From an uncultured virus (IMG/VR IMGVR_UViG_3300016472_001095) (Duplodnaviria; Heunggongvirae; Uroviricota; Caudoviricetes), in IMG/VR virus record IMGVR_UViG_3300016472_001095: a DNA stretch of 64,000 nt. The stretch is one strand, 5' to 3'. Under the pieces are notes generated by a model. That model did not search any database. It was not told the DNA's origin and was given only the letters and a program-made list of their open reading frames with translations. This document shows, piece after piece, positions 37,812 to 48,100 of this stretch (within the stretch, counting starts at the first letter, position 1; each line of letters opens with the position of its first letter). The position numbers and the translations under genes were made by a program.

Positions 37812-40193
37812 ATGGCAACTACATTTACAAGAGATACGGCGACATCTACTAGTACTATTTTAAACAAAGCTATAATGGGTATGGCTCTACCTCATGATCA
37901 AGCTAGAGATTACAGTACCTTTCTTCAGGTAATGGGTAGTAATGCAGAGCCTAACCCCGGTTTAGGCACTTCATCTAGTGTAGGCACGTTTAGTAGATCT
38001 GCAACGCCAACTGGAGGCGCACTAGTACCAAACAGTAGAGGTAAAGTTAATAGCGGTGCGCTTTATAACTTTCTAAAGCAAGAGATAGAAAATTCTAAAT
38101 TATTGGGGTTTGTTCCTAAAGACGGTAAGAAATACGGAATTGATGGATCCGGAGATTCTTATGCAGATTTCATGACTCAAACTGCTCAATGGGAATCGGG
38201 GTTTAGAGTAAATGCTAAAGGCGATGTTGGAAGATATAGGGGCGGTTCTAATGGTTTATTCCAGCTGTCACCTGACGACGCTCTTACGTATAAAATTCAA
38301 AAAACACCTTTTACTATTCAACAGCTACAAGACCCGGCTTTAAACGCCAGGGTTGCTGTAAAGATATTAGAAGATAACGTATTGAGAGACGGTGTAATGG
38401 TAGGTCAATCAGGCCCAAGCACGTTTTTAGGGGCTTCAGCTTATTGGGGCCCTCACAGACCAAATAGACCTTCAGATCAACGTATAAAAATAACTCCTGG
38501 TAAATTTATACCCGCTAGTACAGCTGCTAAAGATATAGAATCAGATACTGTACAAACGCTTAGTAGAATATCTACAGAATATAAGAGAACATTAACGTCA
38601 CCGGCGCCTGTAAATCAGCGTACTATATTTTTTACTAGTTTTGACGGTAAGGTAATATCAAATAATTTAGATAATAGACATGCGTTTGATTACTTTAGGG
38701 CTTTTTCATCACAAGCAGAATCCATGTATGAATCTGTACCTAGTAGTTTATTTGATGAAGATTCCTTTTTAAGCCCCCCTAGCGATTCGCTAGGGTTTTT
38801 CTCAACAAATGTGTTTCCTAAGTTTACGCCAGGTGTTGCTCCTGCTTGGGATTTTAATAGCTTTGGAGCTATACAAGACAATAATGCTTTAATTTTTTCA
38901 AAAGATACTTGGTCTACTAGCTATGGCGGACCTTACATGTTTGCTGGTAATAATGTTCAAAAAGTTTCAGATAACACTTACATGATGACTGTTGATATGA
39001 GTGATATAACTCAATCTCTGCATAATTATAATTTTCAAAATATAGTAAGAAAAAATCAGAGTAGTGATGTATTTGGTGGAGGAGATCAAACCCAGTCTTC
39101 TCAACTAGTAGGAACTACTGATTTACCAAGCTACATAGATCATTACAATAATAAAAGCTATTACCTAGAAGATTTTAAAGGGCTTTTTCCTAATACTTTT
39201 GAGTATATATCATATTTTAACACAGTAAACGATAATCCTGGCTATAATCCCCGTGATTATAAGAGTAAAAATCTTGAAAAAATGGAAGATATATATGCAG
39301 AACTCAATGTTGAGGGTCAAATTATAAAAGTCGACCTACTTTTAAAAAAATATAAGAAACCTGTTAGTAACAGAAGTATAAAAAGATCATTATGTTTATG
39401 TGAAGGGTGTGGAGAAGCTAAAGATAACCAGGAAGGCGGCGAAACTCTAGATACAGCTACGATAAATAAAAGATTTCTAGAGCAAGGAACCACAAGAGGC
39501 GGGTTAGAAAGTGCTAAAACAAAGGGTTTATTTAGTGCTAATAGAGGAGCATTAGAAAGTGCTAAAGTAAAGGGAATTTTAAATAGTAATCTCTCAATAT
39601 TTGACAAAGCTGAAGATAAATTAGAACAGGCTAGAGAAGCTTTTTCACTACCTCAACAAAAAGTTGCAGAGTTACAAGCTAAAATAAGTCAGGTAGGTAT
39701 TAATAATATTCCAGGACTACAGGATATTACTAGTCCTATTAATGATTTGTTGGGATCGGCGTCAGGGCTAACATCTATATTACAGACGCCTTTAAATCTT
39801 CCTAACATTCTACCCTCTGTTGACGCCGGTTCTTTCCCTCAAATTGCAGGATTGCTAATGAATACTAATTGGAAGAACTTGGATGTAGGTAGTACTGTAG
39901 AAATTGCAAAACAATTAAATACTATTTTATGCGATTTTAGATTACCAATTATAGGTAAAATAGAATGGGAAGATATTTTCGATATTGATATTGAGGATTT
40001 TGATATTGGAGAAGAATTTGATAAGTTTATTCAAGGGTTTAAAAAGAAATTTGATAAACTCTTTACAGATCTGCAAGATAAATTTAAGAATTTATTGCCT
40101 AATTTCTTTAAGAACTTAGAAAACTTCTTTAAAGACATATTTACTTGCGACGAAAAACCTAATGTTAAAGATTCAGATAAAAAAGTTAATTAA
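37812..40193 (+). CDS. Tail-associated protein with lytic transglycosylase (SLT / lysozyme-like) domain
   Basis: WESGF (catalytic E-S), SNGLFQL, LQDPALNARVAVKIL. Occupies the position after the hub where gp5 is expected. Confidence 0.7.
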   Translation: MATTFTRDTATSTSTILNKAIMGMALPHDQARDYSTFLQVMGSNAEPNPGLGTSSSVGTFSRSATPTGGALVPNSRGKVNSGALYNFLKQEIENSKLLGFVPKDGKKYGIDGSGDSYADFMTQTAQWESGFRVNAKGDVGRYRGGSNGLFQLSPDDALTYKIQKTPFTIQQLQDPALNARVAVKILEDNVLRDGVMVGQSGPSTFLGASAYWGPHRPNRPSDQRIKITPGKFIPASTAAKDIESDTVQTLSRISTEYKRTLTSPAPVNQRTIFFTSFDGKVISNNLDNRHAFDYFRAFSSQAESMYESVPSSLFDEDSFLSPPSDSLGFFSTNVFPKFTPGVAPAWDFNSFGAIQDNNALIFSKDTWSTSYGGPYMFAGNNVQKVSDNTYMMTVDMSDITQSLHNYNFQNIVRKNQSSDVFGGGDQTQSSQLVGTTDLPSYIDHYNNKSYYLEDFKGLFPNTFEYISYFNTVNDNPGYNPRDYKSKNLEKMEDIYAELNVEGQIIKVDLLLKKYKKPVSNRSIKRSLCLCEGCGEAKDNQEGGETLDTATINKRFLEQGTTRGGLESAKTKGLFSANRGALESAKVKGILNSNLSIFDKAEDKLEQAREAFSLPQQKVAELQAKISQVGINNIPGLQDITSPINDLLGSASGLTSILQTPLNLPNILPSVDAGSFPQIAGLLMNTNWKNLDVGSTVEIAKQLNTILCDFRLPIIGKIEWEDIFDIDIEDFDIGEEFDKFIQGFKKKFDKLFTDLQDKFKNLLPNFFKNLENFFKDIFTCDEKPNVKDSDKKVN
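39495..39590 (+). repeat. Imperfect 48 bp tandem duplication within the CDS
   Basis: RGGLESAKTKGLFSAN / RGALESAKVKGILNSN, with shared core ttagaaagtgctaaa. Confidence 0.75.
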
Positions 40194-40654
40194 TTTATTA
40201 CTTCAGAATCGATTATTTTTACGCTTTTGTTAGCATTATCAATTAACATTTTAAATACTTGTTCTCTAGTTGCTAGCAACCTTGCCTGGTTATCAGATTC
40301 TTTTAATTCTTTTCTTGAATTAATATCCATTTCCTTAGCCTTCAACAAAGTTTCGTTTTTCTTATCAGTAACTATTATTTTATTAAGAGTTTCTATGGCA
40401 GTAGCTGTTGCAGCTATTAGTTCTGCAAGAGACCCTACATCTTTACTTTCTGGAGCAGATGAAATATAGTCCTTTACATTGGACATAACGTCTAAACTCT
40501 CTTCTACTAATCTACCAGCTTTTTCAACAACAAACTTTTCCATATTTTCTTTAGTTAGAGGATTAGCCTCTTTTTTAACTTGCTCTACTTGCTTATTGGC
40601 ATCGCTAAGTTGTTCGAGTAGATCACCTACCATTTCATTAAGCTCTTCGCTCAC
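40190..40654 (-). CDS. Probable terminase small subunit (gp16-like)
   Basis: 154 aa helical protein. SAPESKDVGSLAELIAATATAIETL and LLATREQVFKML recall gp16 central and C-terminal motifs. TAAATA-5-GTG. Confidence 0.5.
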   Translation of the reverse strand: MSEELNEMVGDLLEQLSDANKQVEQVKKEANPLTKENMEKFVVEKAGRLVEESLDVMSNVKDYISSAPESKDVGSLAELIAATATAIETLNKIIVTDKKNETLLKAKEMDINSRKELKESDNQARLLATREQVFKMLIDNANKSVKIIDSEVIN

Positions 40655-40674
40655 AAAATTATTTATGTAAAATA

Positions 40675-40708
40675 TTGAATTTCTACAGTTATAATATATA
40701 ATTTAAGT
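40675..40708 (+). promoter_or_regulatory. Sigma70-type promoter, leaderless geometry, for dut-gp44
   Basis: TTGAAT(40675)-16-TATAAT(40697)-6-ATG(40709). Confidence 0.75.
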
Positions 40709-41188
40709 ATGTATAATATTAATCCCTATTCTAATAGAGACATAGATCCAAATATACAGTTTATTCCTGTATTAAAGTTTGAGAAAACCCATGAATTAGC
40801 TAAATTACCTTCCAAAAACCATGAATCTGATACAGGATATGACGTCTATTCAATTGAAAGTAAAGTAATACCTGCTAAATCTAGCGCTACAGTAGGCGTT
40901 GGATTAAAATTTGCTTATATTCCTGACGGCTATTGGGTAAAGGTAGAATCTAGAAGCGGTCTAGGGTTTAAGCACAGTATACTAGCTCATCCCGGTATTA
41001 TAGATAGTGGTTATAGAGGTGATGCTGGGGTAAAACTGTACAATTTGTCTGATAAAGATTATGAAATTAAAGAAGGAGATAGAATAGCTCAATTTGTCAT
41101 ATATTTTAATATTTCTATGCCAGTAGAATGGGGGGTCGCAGAAAAATCTGAAAGAGGTGAAAAGGGATTTGGATCATCCGGTAAGTAA
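40709..41188 (+). CDS. dut: Trimeric dUTPase
   Basis: Five conserved motifs: GYDV, SRSGLG, GIIDSGYRG, GDRIAQ, RGEKGFGSSG. Confidence 0.96.
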   Translation: MYNINPYSNRDIDPNIQFIPVLKFEKTHELAKLPSKNHESDTGYDVYSIESKVIPAKSSATVGVGLKFAYIPDGYWVKVESRSGLGFKHSILAHPGIIDSGYRGDAGVKLYNLSDKDYEIKEGDRIAQFVIYFNISMPVEWGVAEKSERGEKGFGSSGK

Positions 41189-42126
41189 TGAATAGTGATT
41201 TTAATAATTTATGGATTGAAAAGTATAGACCTGCTTGTTTATCTGATTATGTAATCAGCGAAACAAACAAGAAAATTATTGAATCGTTTAAAACAAAAAA
41301 AGAAATACCTAATCTCTTATTTTTAGGCACACCAGGGCTTGGTAAAACAACTTTAGCTAAGATTATAGTTAATAATATTCTAAATTGTCAATATCTCTAC
41401 ATTAATGCAAGCGACGAAAACGGTATAGATACAATCAGAACTAAAGTTACTAGCTTTGCACAGACAAAAAGCATTGATGGTACAATAAAAGTTATTATTT
41501 TAGATGAGACTGATGGTCTATCCATTGATGCTCAACGTGCACTTAGAAATACAATGGAAGAGTTTGCTAGAATTACACGGTTTATTTTAACTGCTAACTA
41601 CAAATATAGAGTTATAAATGCATTACAAAGCAGATGTCAAAGTATAGACTTAACGCCTCCTTTGGACGGTGTAGTAAAACGTGTTGGTTTTATTTTAAAG
41701 AATGAAAAAATAGATATTAAAGCTGAACACAAGCCAAAGTTACTATCGTTTATAAGAGAAAACTATCCAGATCTTCGTAAAATAGTAAATGAGGTTCAAA
41801 AACACTCTACAACTGGTTCACTTAATCTAAGTGGTATTGATAATAATGAGATATTATCTTTAATCTTTGGTGAGATAAAGAAAAATAACACGCTTAATTT
41901 AAGAAAAGCGCTAATAGAGAATGAATCACAGTTTAATTCTGATTACGTAAATCTATTACGAAATCTTTTTAATTATATAGACTCTAACGAACAGAATGTA
42001 TCCGTGAAGAAGCAGTATTTATTATTAATTGCTGAACATCTTTACAGGAGTAGCTTTGTAGTAGACCAAGAAATTAACTGTTATTCTTGTTTTATTGCTC
42101 TAAGCAATGTTACGGCAAGTAGTTAG
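41188..42126 (+). CDS. gp44: Clamp loader ATPase (T4 gp44 / RFC small subunit-like)
   Basis: WIEKYRP, GTPGLGKTT, INASDE, ILDETD, AQRALR, LQSRC, YPDLRK. Confidence 0.94.
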   Translation: MNSDFNNLWIEKYRPACLSDYVISETNKKIIESFKTKKEIPNLLFLGTPGLGKTTLAKIIVNNILNCQYLYINASDENGIDTIRTKVTSFAQTKSIDGTIKVIILDETDGLSIDAQRALRNTMEEFARITRFILTANYKYRVINALQSRCQSIDLTPPLDGVVKRVGFILKNEKIDIKAEHKPKLLSFIRENYPDLRKIVNEVQKHSTTGSLNLSGIDNNEILSLIFGEIKKNNTLNLRKALIENESQFNSDYVNLLRNLFNYIDSNEQNVSVKKQYLLLIAEHLYRSSFVVDQEINCYSCFIALSNVTASS

Positions 42127-42712
42127 CAGTGTAGCTAGCAGGGTCTTTGTGACCTACTGCAGGAGATGAAGGTATCTTAACATTGATATTTTGTAATTCT
42201 CTATCACCCTTACTTAGTTTCTTATTACCGACATCAGAAAGTCTGGTCTGACCAGGAGATAGAAATGGAACTTCTTGATTTTCATCTTTAAATTTCTTAG
42301 GCTTTATATTAGTTCTTTTGCCGGGATCATCTTTTTTAAATACCTCAGGAACATCCGGTAAATTTGGATATGAACTCTTTGGCTGTACTAAATGAGCAGG
42401 AATAGTTACGAAATCCTTATATCTGCCAGGTGCAATCTCGGATGTTATGTCTAAAACTACTTCGCCATTGTTATAGTCGTTGTTACCAGCGCCCTGAACT
42501 GCAGGTAAAAGAGTTTTTACTGCTGATACCCTGAGGTTTAAACCACTATTCATCATTTCCTTGATCTTCTCTACGGTATTAACACCTTTATCCTTAAACC
42601 AGGGATCTCTCAATGCATTTTCTTTAAAAATAACAAGATCTCCTGCTAAGAAGCCACCTAAAGTATAGCGCTGCATCCACGACTCATACAATTTGACAAA
42701 ATTACGGCTCAT
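42110..42712 (-). CDS. Hypothetical late protein, possible internal head protein
   Basis: 200 aa, TAAATA-6-ATG, N-terminus FVKLYES. Confidence 0.6.
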   Translation of the reverse strand: MSRNFVKLYESWMQRYTLGGFLAGDLVIFKENALRDPWFKDKGVNTVEKIKEMMNSGLNLRVSAVKTLLPAVQGAGNNDYNNGEVVLDITSEIAPGRYKDFVTIPAHLVQPKSSYPNLPDVPEVFKKDDPGKRTNIKPKKFKDENQEVPFLSPGQTRLSDVGNKKLSKGDRELQNINVKIPSSPAVGHKDPASYTANYLP

Positions 42713-42781
42713 TTAAATTATTTATTGTTTTGCATTGCTTAAAATCGTTTTTAAAACATAAAAATCGATATAAATATGTAT

Positions 42782-43264
42782 GTGGCTACTATAAAAGTAC
42801 AATCTATTGCTGAGCCAGAAAAGTCAGAAAGTAGTTTTTTGTATACAGATTTAAAACTAGATCTTCAAATAGACTATACAAAGAACAATGAGTTTTTAAA
42901 ACGAAAAGAAGTAAGAGATTTACAAATAGATTATGATTACGCAGCTGTAAGAAACTCTATATTCAATTTATTTACAACAATTCCTGGTCAACGCATTTTA
43001 AACCCCGAATTTGGTTTAGGGCTACAAAAATATTTGTTTAACCCTGTCGATGAAGATATTGCCAGACTTATAGGTAATGATATTTTAAGAGGATTAAATA
43101 TTTTTGAACCTAGAGTTAGAGCTAACAGCATAGATGTTGTAGCTGATGAGTTAGAGCAGCAATACACCATAACTTTAATACTTACCTTATTAACTATTGA
43201 TCCTGTAACTGGTTTTAGATTGGTAGGTATATTAAGTAATACAGGATTCACATTTACAACATAA
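42782..43264 (+). CDS. gp25: Baseplate wedge protein gp25
   Basis: AVRNSIFNLFTTIPGQRILNPEFG...YLF, IFEPRV. TAAATA(42771)-5-GTG(42782) suggests a start two codons after the ORF-track ATG. Confidence 0.9.
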   Translation: MATIKVQSIAEPEKSESSFLYTDLKLDLQIDYTKNNEFLKRKEVRDLQIDYDYAAVRNSIFNLFTTIPGQRILNPEFGLGLQKYLFNPVDEDIARLIGNDILRGLNIFEPRVRANSIDVVADELEQQYTITLILTLLTIDPVTGFRLVGILSNTGFTFTT

Positions 43265-43265
43265 T

Positions 43266-45119
43266 ATGGCAACATTTAACGATTTTACATTATCCAAAGA
43301 CGGCTACGTAGCATTTGATGCTTTGAGCTTGAAAAGCCTTATCAAGACTCGGCTTAATACTAATCGTATATTTACAGATCAAAATTTTGAGGGCAGCAAT
43401 CTTTCCTCAGTTATAGATATTATTGCATATGCATATCACGTTTTAATTTTTTATTTAAATAGATCTGCTGCTGAAAGCACCTTTACAACCGCTGAATTAT
43501 ATGAAAACATTAATAAAATTGTAAAAATTTTAAATTATAATCCTATAGGTAATCAAACATCTATTTTATCTTTTCTTGCAAAAGCATTACCTTCACTCTT
43601 ACCGAATACCTATACAATTCCTCGATATTCTTATTTTACTATAAATGGTGCATCATATTCGTTTAATCAAGATGTTACTTTTTCTAAAAATACTACAGAA
43701 GAAGAAGTTTTAACTAATTTACAAGAAAGTAATTTATTGTATCAAGGAAGCTATAATGAATATCCTACATACATAGCCACAGGTGAACCTTTTGAAGTTT
43801 TAACTATGACATTAGTTAATACAGAAGGTGAAAATATAGTATTAGATCATTTTAATATGGATGTTTATGTAAAAGATAACACCATTTTAAATGCAGTTTG
43901 GGAAAAATGGTCTCCTACTCAATCTTTATTTTTAGAAAGATCTAATTCTAAGGTTTATGAAGTTAGATTGAATGAAAATGGTAGATATGAGTTTCGTTTT
44001 GGTAATAATGTTACTGGAAAACAGTTAAATGAGGGCGATGAAGTGGCTATTTATTATTTAAAATCTGATGGAAAGAAAGGTGAAGTAGGCCCGGGGTTGT
44101 TAGACAATAATAAATTATATTTTTACAGTACCACAAGGTTTAATCAAATAAAATCTGATACCACTCCTTCGAATTTAACACTTATCACAGAAGCACAATC
44201 AAATAGTATAAACTTTTCTAATATTGACGCCTCTTCTCCTTTTGTTGCACGTGAATCTGTTGATAGTATTAAAATTAATTCTCTTAATACGTTTAGAAGC
44301 CAGTATAGATTAATTACATCAGAAGATTTTACAAACTATGTACTAAAGAACTACAGTAATATAATTTCTTCTACCGTCGCCGTCAATAACTGGGACTATA
44401 TCTCAGGACATTTAAAATACTTTTTTGATTTAGGTGTTGATAAACCAAATTATGAAAGCAGAGTGCTTTTTAATCAAGTAAAATTCGCTGACTCTTGTAA
44501 TTTTAACAACGTTTACATATATGCAGTACCTAAATTAGAAAAACTTACCTCATTAACTACTAGAACTAATTACTTAAATACAGCTCAAAAGCAGCTTATT
44601 ATTAACGACCTACAAAAGGTAAAACTTACTACTGCAGAGGTTATTATAAACGACCCCGTTTATGTCGCAATAGATCTAGGTGTAAGATTTCCAAGCGAAA
44701 TTCTTTCTCCCTCTATTTCAGACAATACATTCTTGGAAATACAACGAGATATTACCGCTAAAAGAAATCCAGAAGCCTTAAAACAGCAAGTTGCGCAAAT
44801 ATTTAAAGACTATTTTTCAACTTTAAAAGATAATTTAGGTTTGACTATTAGCTTGACAGACATTACAAATAAAATTCTTGCTATAGAAGGCGTAAAAGGT
44901 ATTAATACAGTTCGTACTGAGGGCACCAATACAATTACTATACCCGGTATAAGCTTATTAATCTATAACCCGGTTTACCCGTTCGATGATATAAGAATTA
45001 CAACACAAGATGAAAAGCTACCATTCTTTAAGTTTCCTTTTTTAAATAATCCGCTAGATTTCAAAAACAAAATAAATGTCATAACACCATCTATTCAGAC
45101 ATTACAACGTGAGTTTTAA
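43266..45119 (+). CDS. gp6: Baseplate wedge protein gp6
   Basis: FTDQNFEGSNLSSVIDIIAY, ESTFTTA, FRFGNNVTGK, ESVDSIK, QYRLITSEDF. Confidence 0.9.
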   Translation: MATFNDFTLSKDGYVAFDALSLKSLIKTRLNTNRIFTDQNFEGSNLSSVIDIIAYAYHVLIFYLNRSAAESTFTTAELYENINKIVKILNYNPIGNQTSILSFLAKALPSLLPNTYTIPRYSYFTINGASYSFNQDVTFSKNTTEEEVLTNLQESNLLYQGSYNEYPTYIATGEPFEVLTMTLVNTEGENIVLDHFNMDVYVKDNTILNAVWEKWSPTQSLFLERSNSKVYEVRLNENGRYEFRFGNNVTGKQLNEGDEVAIYYLKSDGKKGEVGPGLLDNNKLYFYSTTRFNQIKSDTTPSNLTLITEAQSNSINFSNIDASSPFVARESVDSIKINSLNTFRSQYRLITSEDFTNYVLKNYSNIISSTVAVNNWDYISGHLKYFFDLGVDKPNYESRVLFNQVKFADSCNFNNVYIYAVPKLEKLTSLTTRTNYLNTAQKQLIINDLQKVKLTTAEVIINDPVYVAIDLGVRFPSEILSPSISDNTFLEIQRDITAKRNPEALKQQVAQIFKDYFSTLKDNLGLTISLTDITNKILAIEGVKGINTVRTEGTNTITIPGISLLIYNPVYPFDDIRITTQDEKLPFFKFPFLNNPLDFKNKINVITPSIQTLQREF

Positions 45120-45121
45120 AG

Positions 45122-48100
45122 ATGGCTAATTTTGTAAATTATACTTATGTATATTTCTACATAACTAACTATACCGGTACTAATACACTTACTTCCTACA
45201 CTCTACCAAATACGCCAGTAACATTTTATCCGGATTTTACCACTTCAGCTATTTTAACTGCTACAGATAACATATCTAATAAGATTATAAGATGGGATTT
45301 TGGTGATGGTACTTTTTCTAATGAGTTAACAGCTGTTCATCATTATGAATGGCCGGGAGAATATAGCGTAAGGCTTACTGTTTATGATAAACAGGGCAGT
45401 AGCTTCGATAGCTCTTACAGACCAGTAGTAAAAATATATGATTATGTTTATGATCAGCTGCAATTTAGAGATTATATAAAATTTATATACGATGTACCTG
45501 CTAGCAAAATACAAGACCCTCTCATTATTGAAAGGCAGAATAGCTGGCAATCATATCCCGCGCTTAGTGCTAATGGATATACTTTAAATCTTTATGCCTC
45601 AGGCGCAAACGGTCAATATCAGAACATTGATAACTTTTATGACGACAAATGGTCACATCTAAGAGCTTTAAGTAGGTTTTACATAAAAAATAGAATAGGA
45701 GCAAATTTTGAATTTAAATCTGTAAGTCAAGTAACAACCACCAATGAAGAAATTTATGTAAAATTAGCAAATAAAAAATTAATTTTATGTAAAAAAGATG
45801 ATGAGGGTGCTGTTTTAGCAGGCACAAAAGGAACTGCAGAAATTTATTACGTAGATGATGTAGCTAAAAATTTTACTACAAGAGAACCTCCTATTTTCGT
45901 ATTTGCAACATTTGATAGTTCAAAATTTGAGGACTGGTACAGCATATTACATAATTCCTACCCTACAATAAATTATCCACCTTATGGGTTTCAAAATTTA
46001 AAGCCTGCAGTACTTCCCATTATTAAGGTTAGACACAATGAAGCAACTAGACTATCCATTACTACAACAGGAATTGATGGCGAAGGATATCTTTCCGCAA
46101 CCAACTTTAATATGCCAGAGATTAGCTGGCAAAACACAGAAATACCTTTCGTTATTAGAATGAAAGATAGAGATAACTATACAACAAAAACTTATCCTCC
46201 ACTGTCCTCATCTACAATTAATTCATCTTTATCAACCTTAACTGCATTTGATGTAAAGTTTGGTTTAATTGAACAGACTAATACAGGATTTAAAGAAGTA
46301 AGTACAATAAAATTTTACGAAGATTTTAATTCAGAAATTCCACAAAGTATTGGAGCTTTTTATAAAGGCTATTTTGTATCACCCGAAACAACTTATAACT
46401 GTAAGCTTACAGCTCAAATGACTGTAGTTGACCCTCTTAATTTTCCTAAAGACTCGTTAATAGGTTGGATAGCAGCCCCACAATACAATAAACTGTTAAG
46501 ATTTTTTAGACAACAAATTTATAGTAATTGCCCTGGATATCTTACTGTTACAATTTCTGCATCAAGACAATATTTTAATTCATTTGAAAATAGAAATGTA
46601 TATGCAATTCAGGTCGCGCCCTCAGGAAATGGTCCAGGAAAAGATTATGAAACTTGGTTTGCTGATGGAACAAGTGATAGGGTATTCAAATTTAATGCAA
46701 GCGGAGATATATTACTAGACATACCTTTAAATAATGCCCCTACTTTATCTGGAGGTCAAATAATAAATGTAAATTACCTTTCCCCTGTACTAAGTAGTGC
46801 GGCTCCAGGTAGTATTACTTTGGATAGAAATAACGATATATGGGTAGCTTTATTTGATTCTGTATCCTGTATAAAGATCGATGCTACAGAAGGATATGTT
46901 AAGGCTGTAGCTTATCCTCCGTATAATAATATTGTATATAGCTTAAGTTCCAGTTACAATATACCTACATTAAGTGGTTTTGCCGGTGAAAACCTGCTGC
47001 TACCTTCTTCAGTAGATACTGACAGAGAAGATAATTTATGGGTCTCATATACTCACCCCGCATCAAACTTCTTAGTAAAGTATGATTCTCAAGGAAATTA
47101 TTTATTTACTGTGGGGATGTCTGCATTACATTCACCAGTAGAAATAGTAATAGATAGAAATCGTTTTGTATGGCTATCAACTTATAATCTTACTACTAGC
47201 GGTGCTTCACTTACTTCTAGAAACGACTTTTTATATAAATTTACCTCAACTGGTGCATTAGTTAGCGGCTACCCTCTTTCTGGCTTTAGATTTATAGGTA
47301 ATTTAACAGTTGACGGTAATCAAAATGCGTGGGTAGTACATAATAAAGATACAGTTACTAGAGTAAGCGGTGAAGATGGTACAACAACTGATTATATTGC
47401 AGGCTCAGGAAATTTTACAAACTACATAGGTAGCATTGGCGGTATTGCTGTTGATACTAGTTCTTATCTATGGGTAATTAATAATTTAAATCAAAGATTG
47501 TATCTTATAGATACGCTACTACCTCCAGCATCATCTTTAGAAGATTATGAATATGTTGAAATAGAGTACCCCGCAACATCCCCTGAAAACCAGCCATCAA
47601 CTTTTGAAGACAAACAGCTTCAAGCTTACGGTGACTGGCTAGGTAGTAGATGGATTAACAAGCATATGTTAGCAGAAACCACAACACGTGTAATTACTGG
47701 CGAATCAACTAGCTTTAACATATATCCTCTATCAGGCGTTTACAATATTCAAAAAGTAAACGAGAATTTTAATACTGAAAAATTTTATAAAGATTTAATA
47801 TTTACAGAAAATTTAGAAGATAAAAAAATATTTTTTGAAGACTTTTTAGGCACTATAGTAGGCGATGGCAAATCTATGCCCTACGAACTAGGTAAAACAA
47901 TTTACGAAAAAATTGCAAATTATGTAAATAATACTTCTGATATAGATTCGTGTAATTTAGACCAGCTACTTTCATTTTGCGATGAGCTATCAGTTCAGTT
48001 CGAACAGTATAATTATCCATTCCCACCACAGCTTTTAAGACTAGTAAACCTACTTTCCATTAAACATAAAAAGCTGTGGGGCGATTTAAACAAATATGAT

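Noticed and set aside
41188..42126. Archaeal, eukaryotic or giant-virus origin suggested by the RFC-like clamp loader, family B polymerase and GT60
   Set aside because: The surrounding gp17, gp18, gp19, gp25, gp6, gp32, gp41 and UvsX genes, bacterial-type promoters and bS21 indicate a T4-like bacteriophage.
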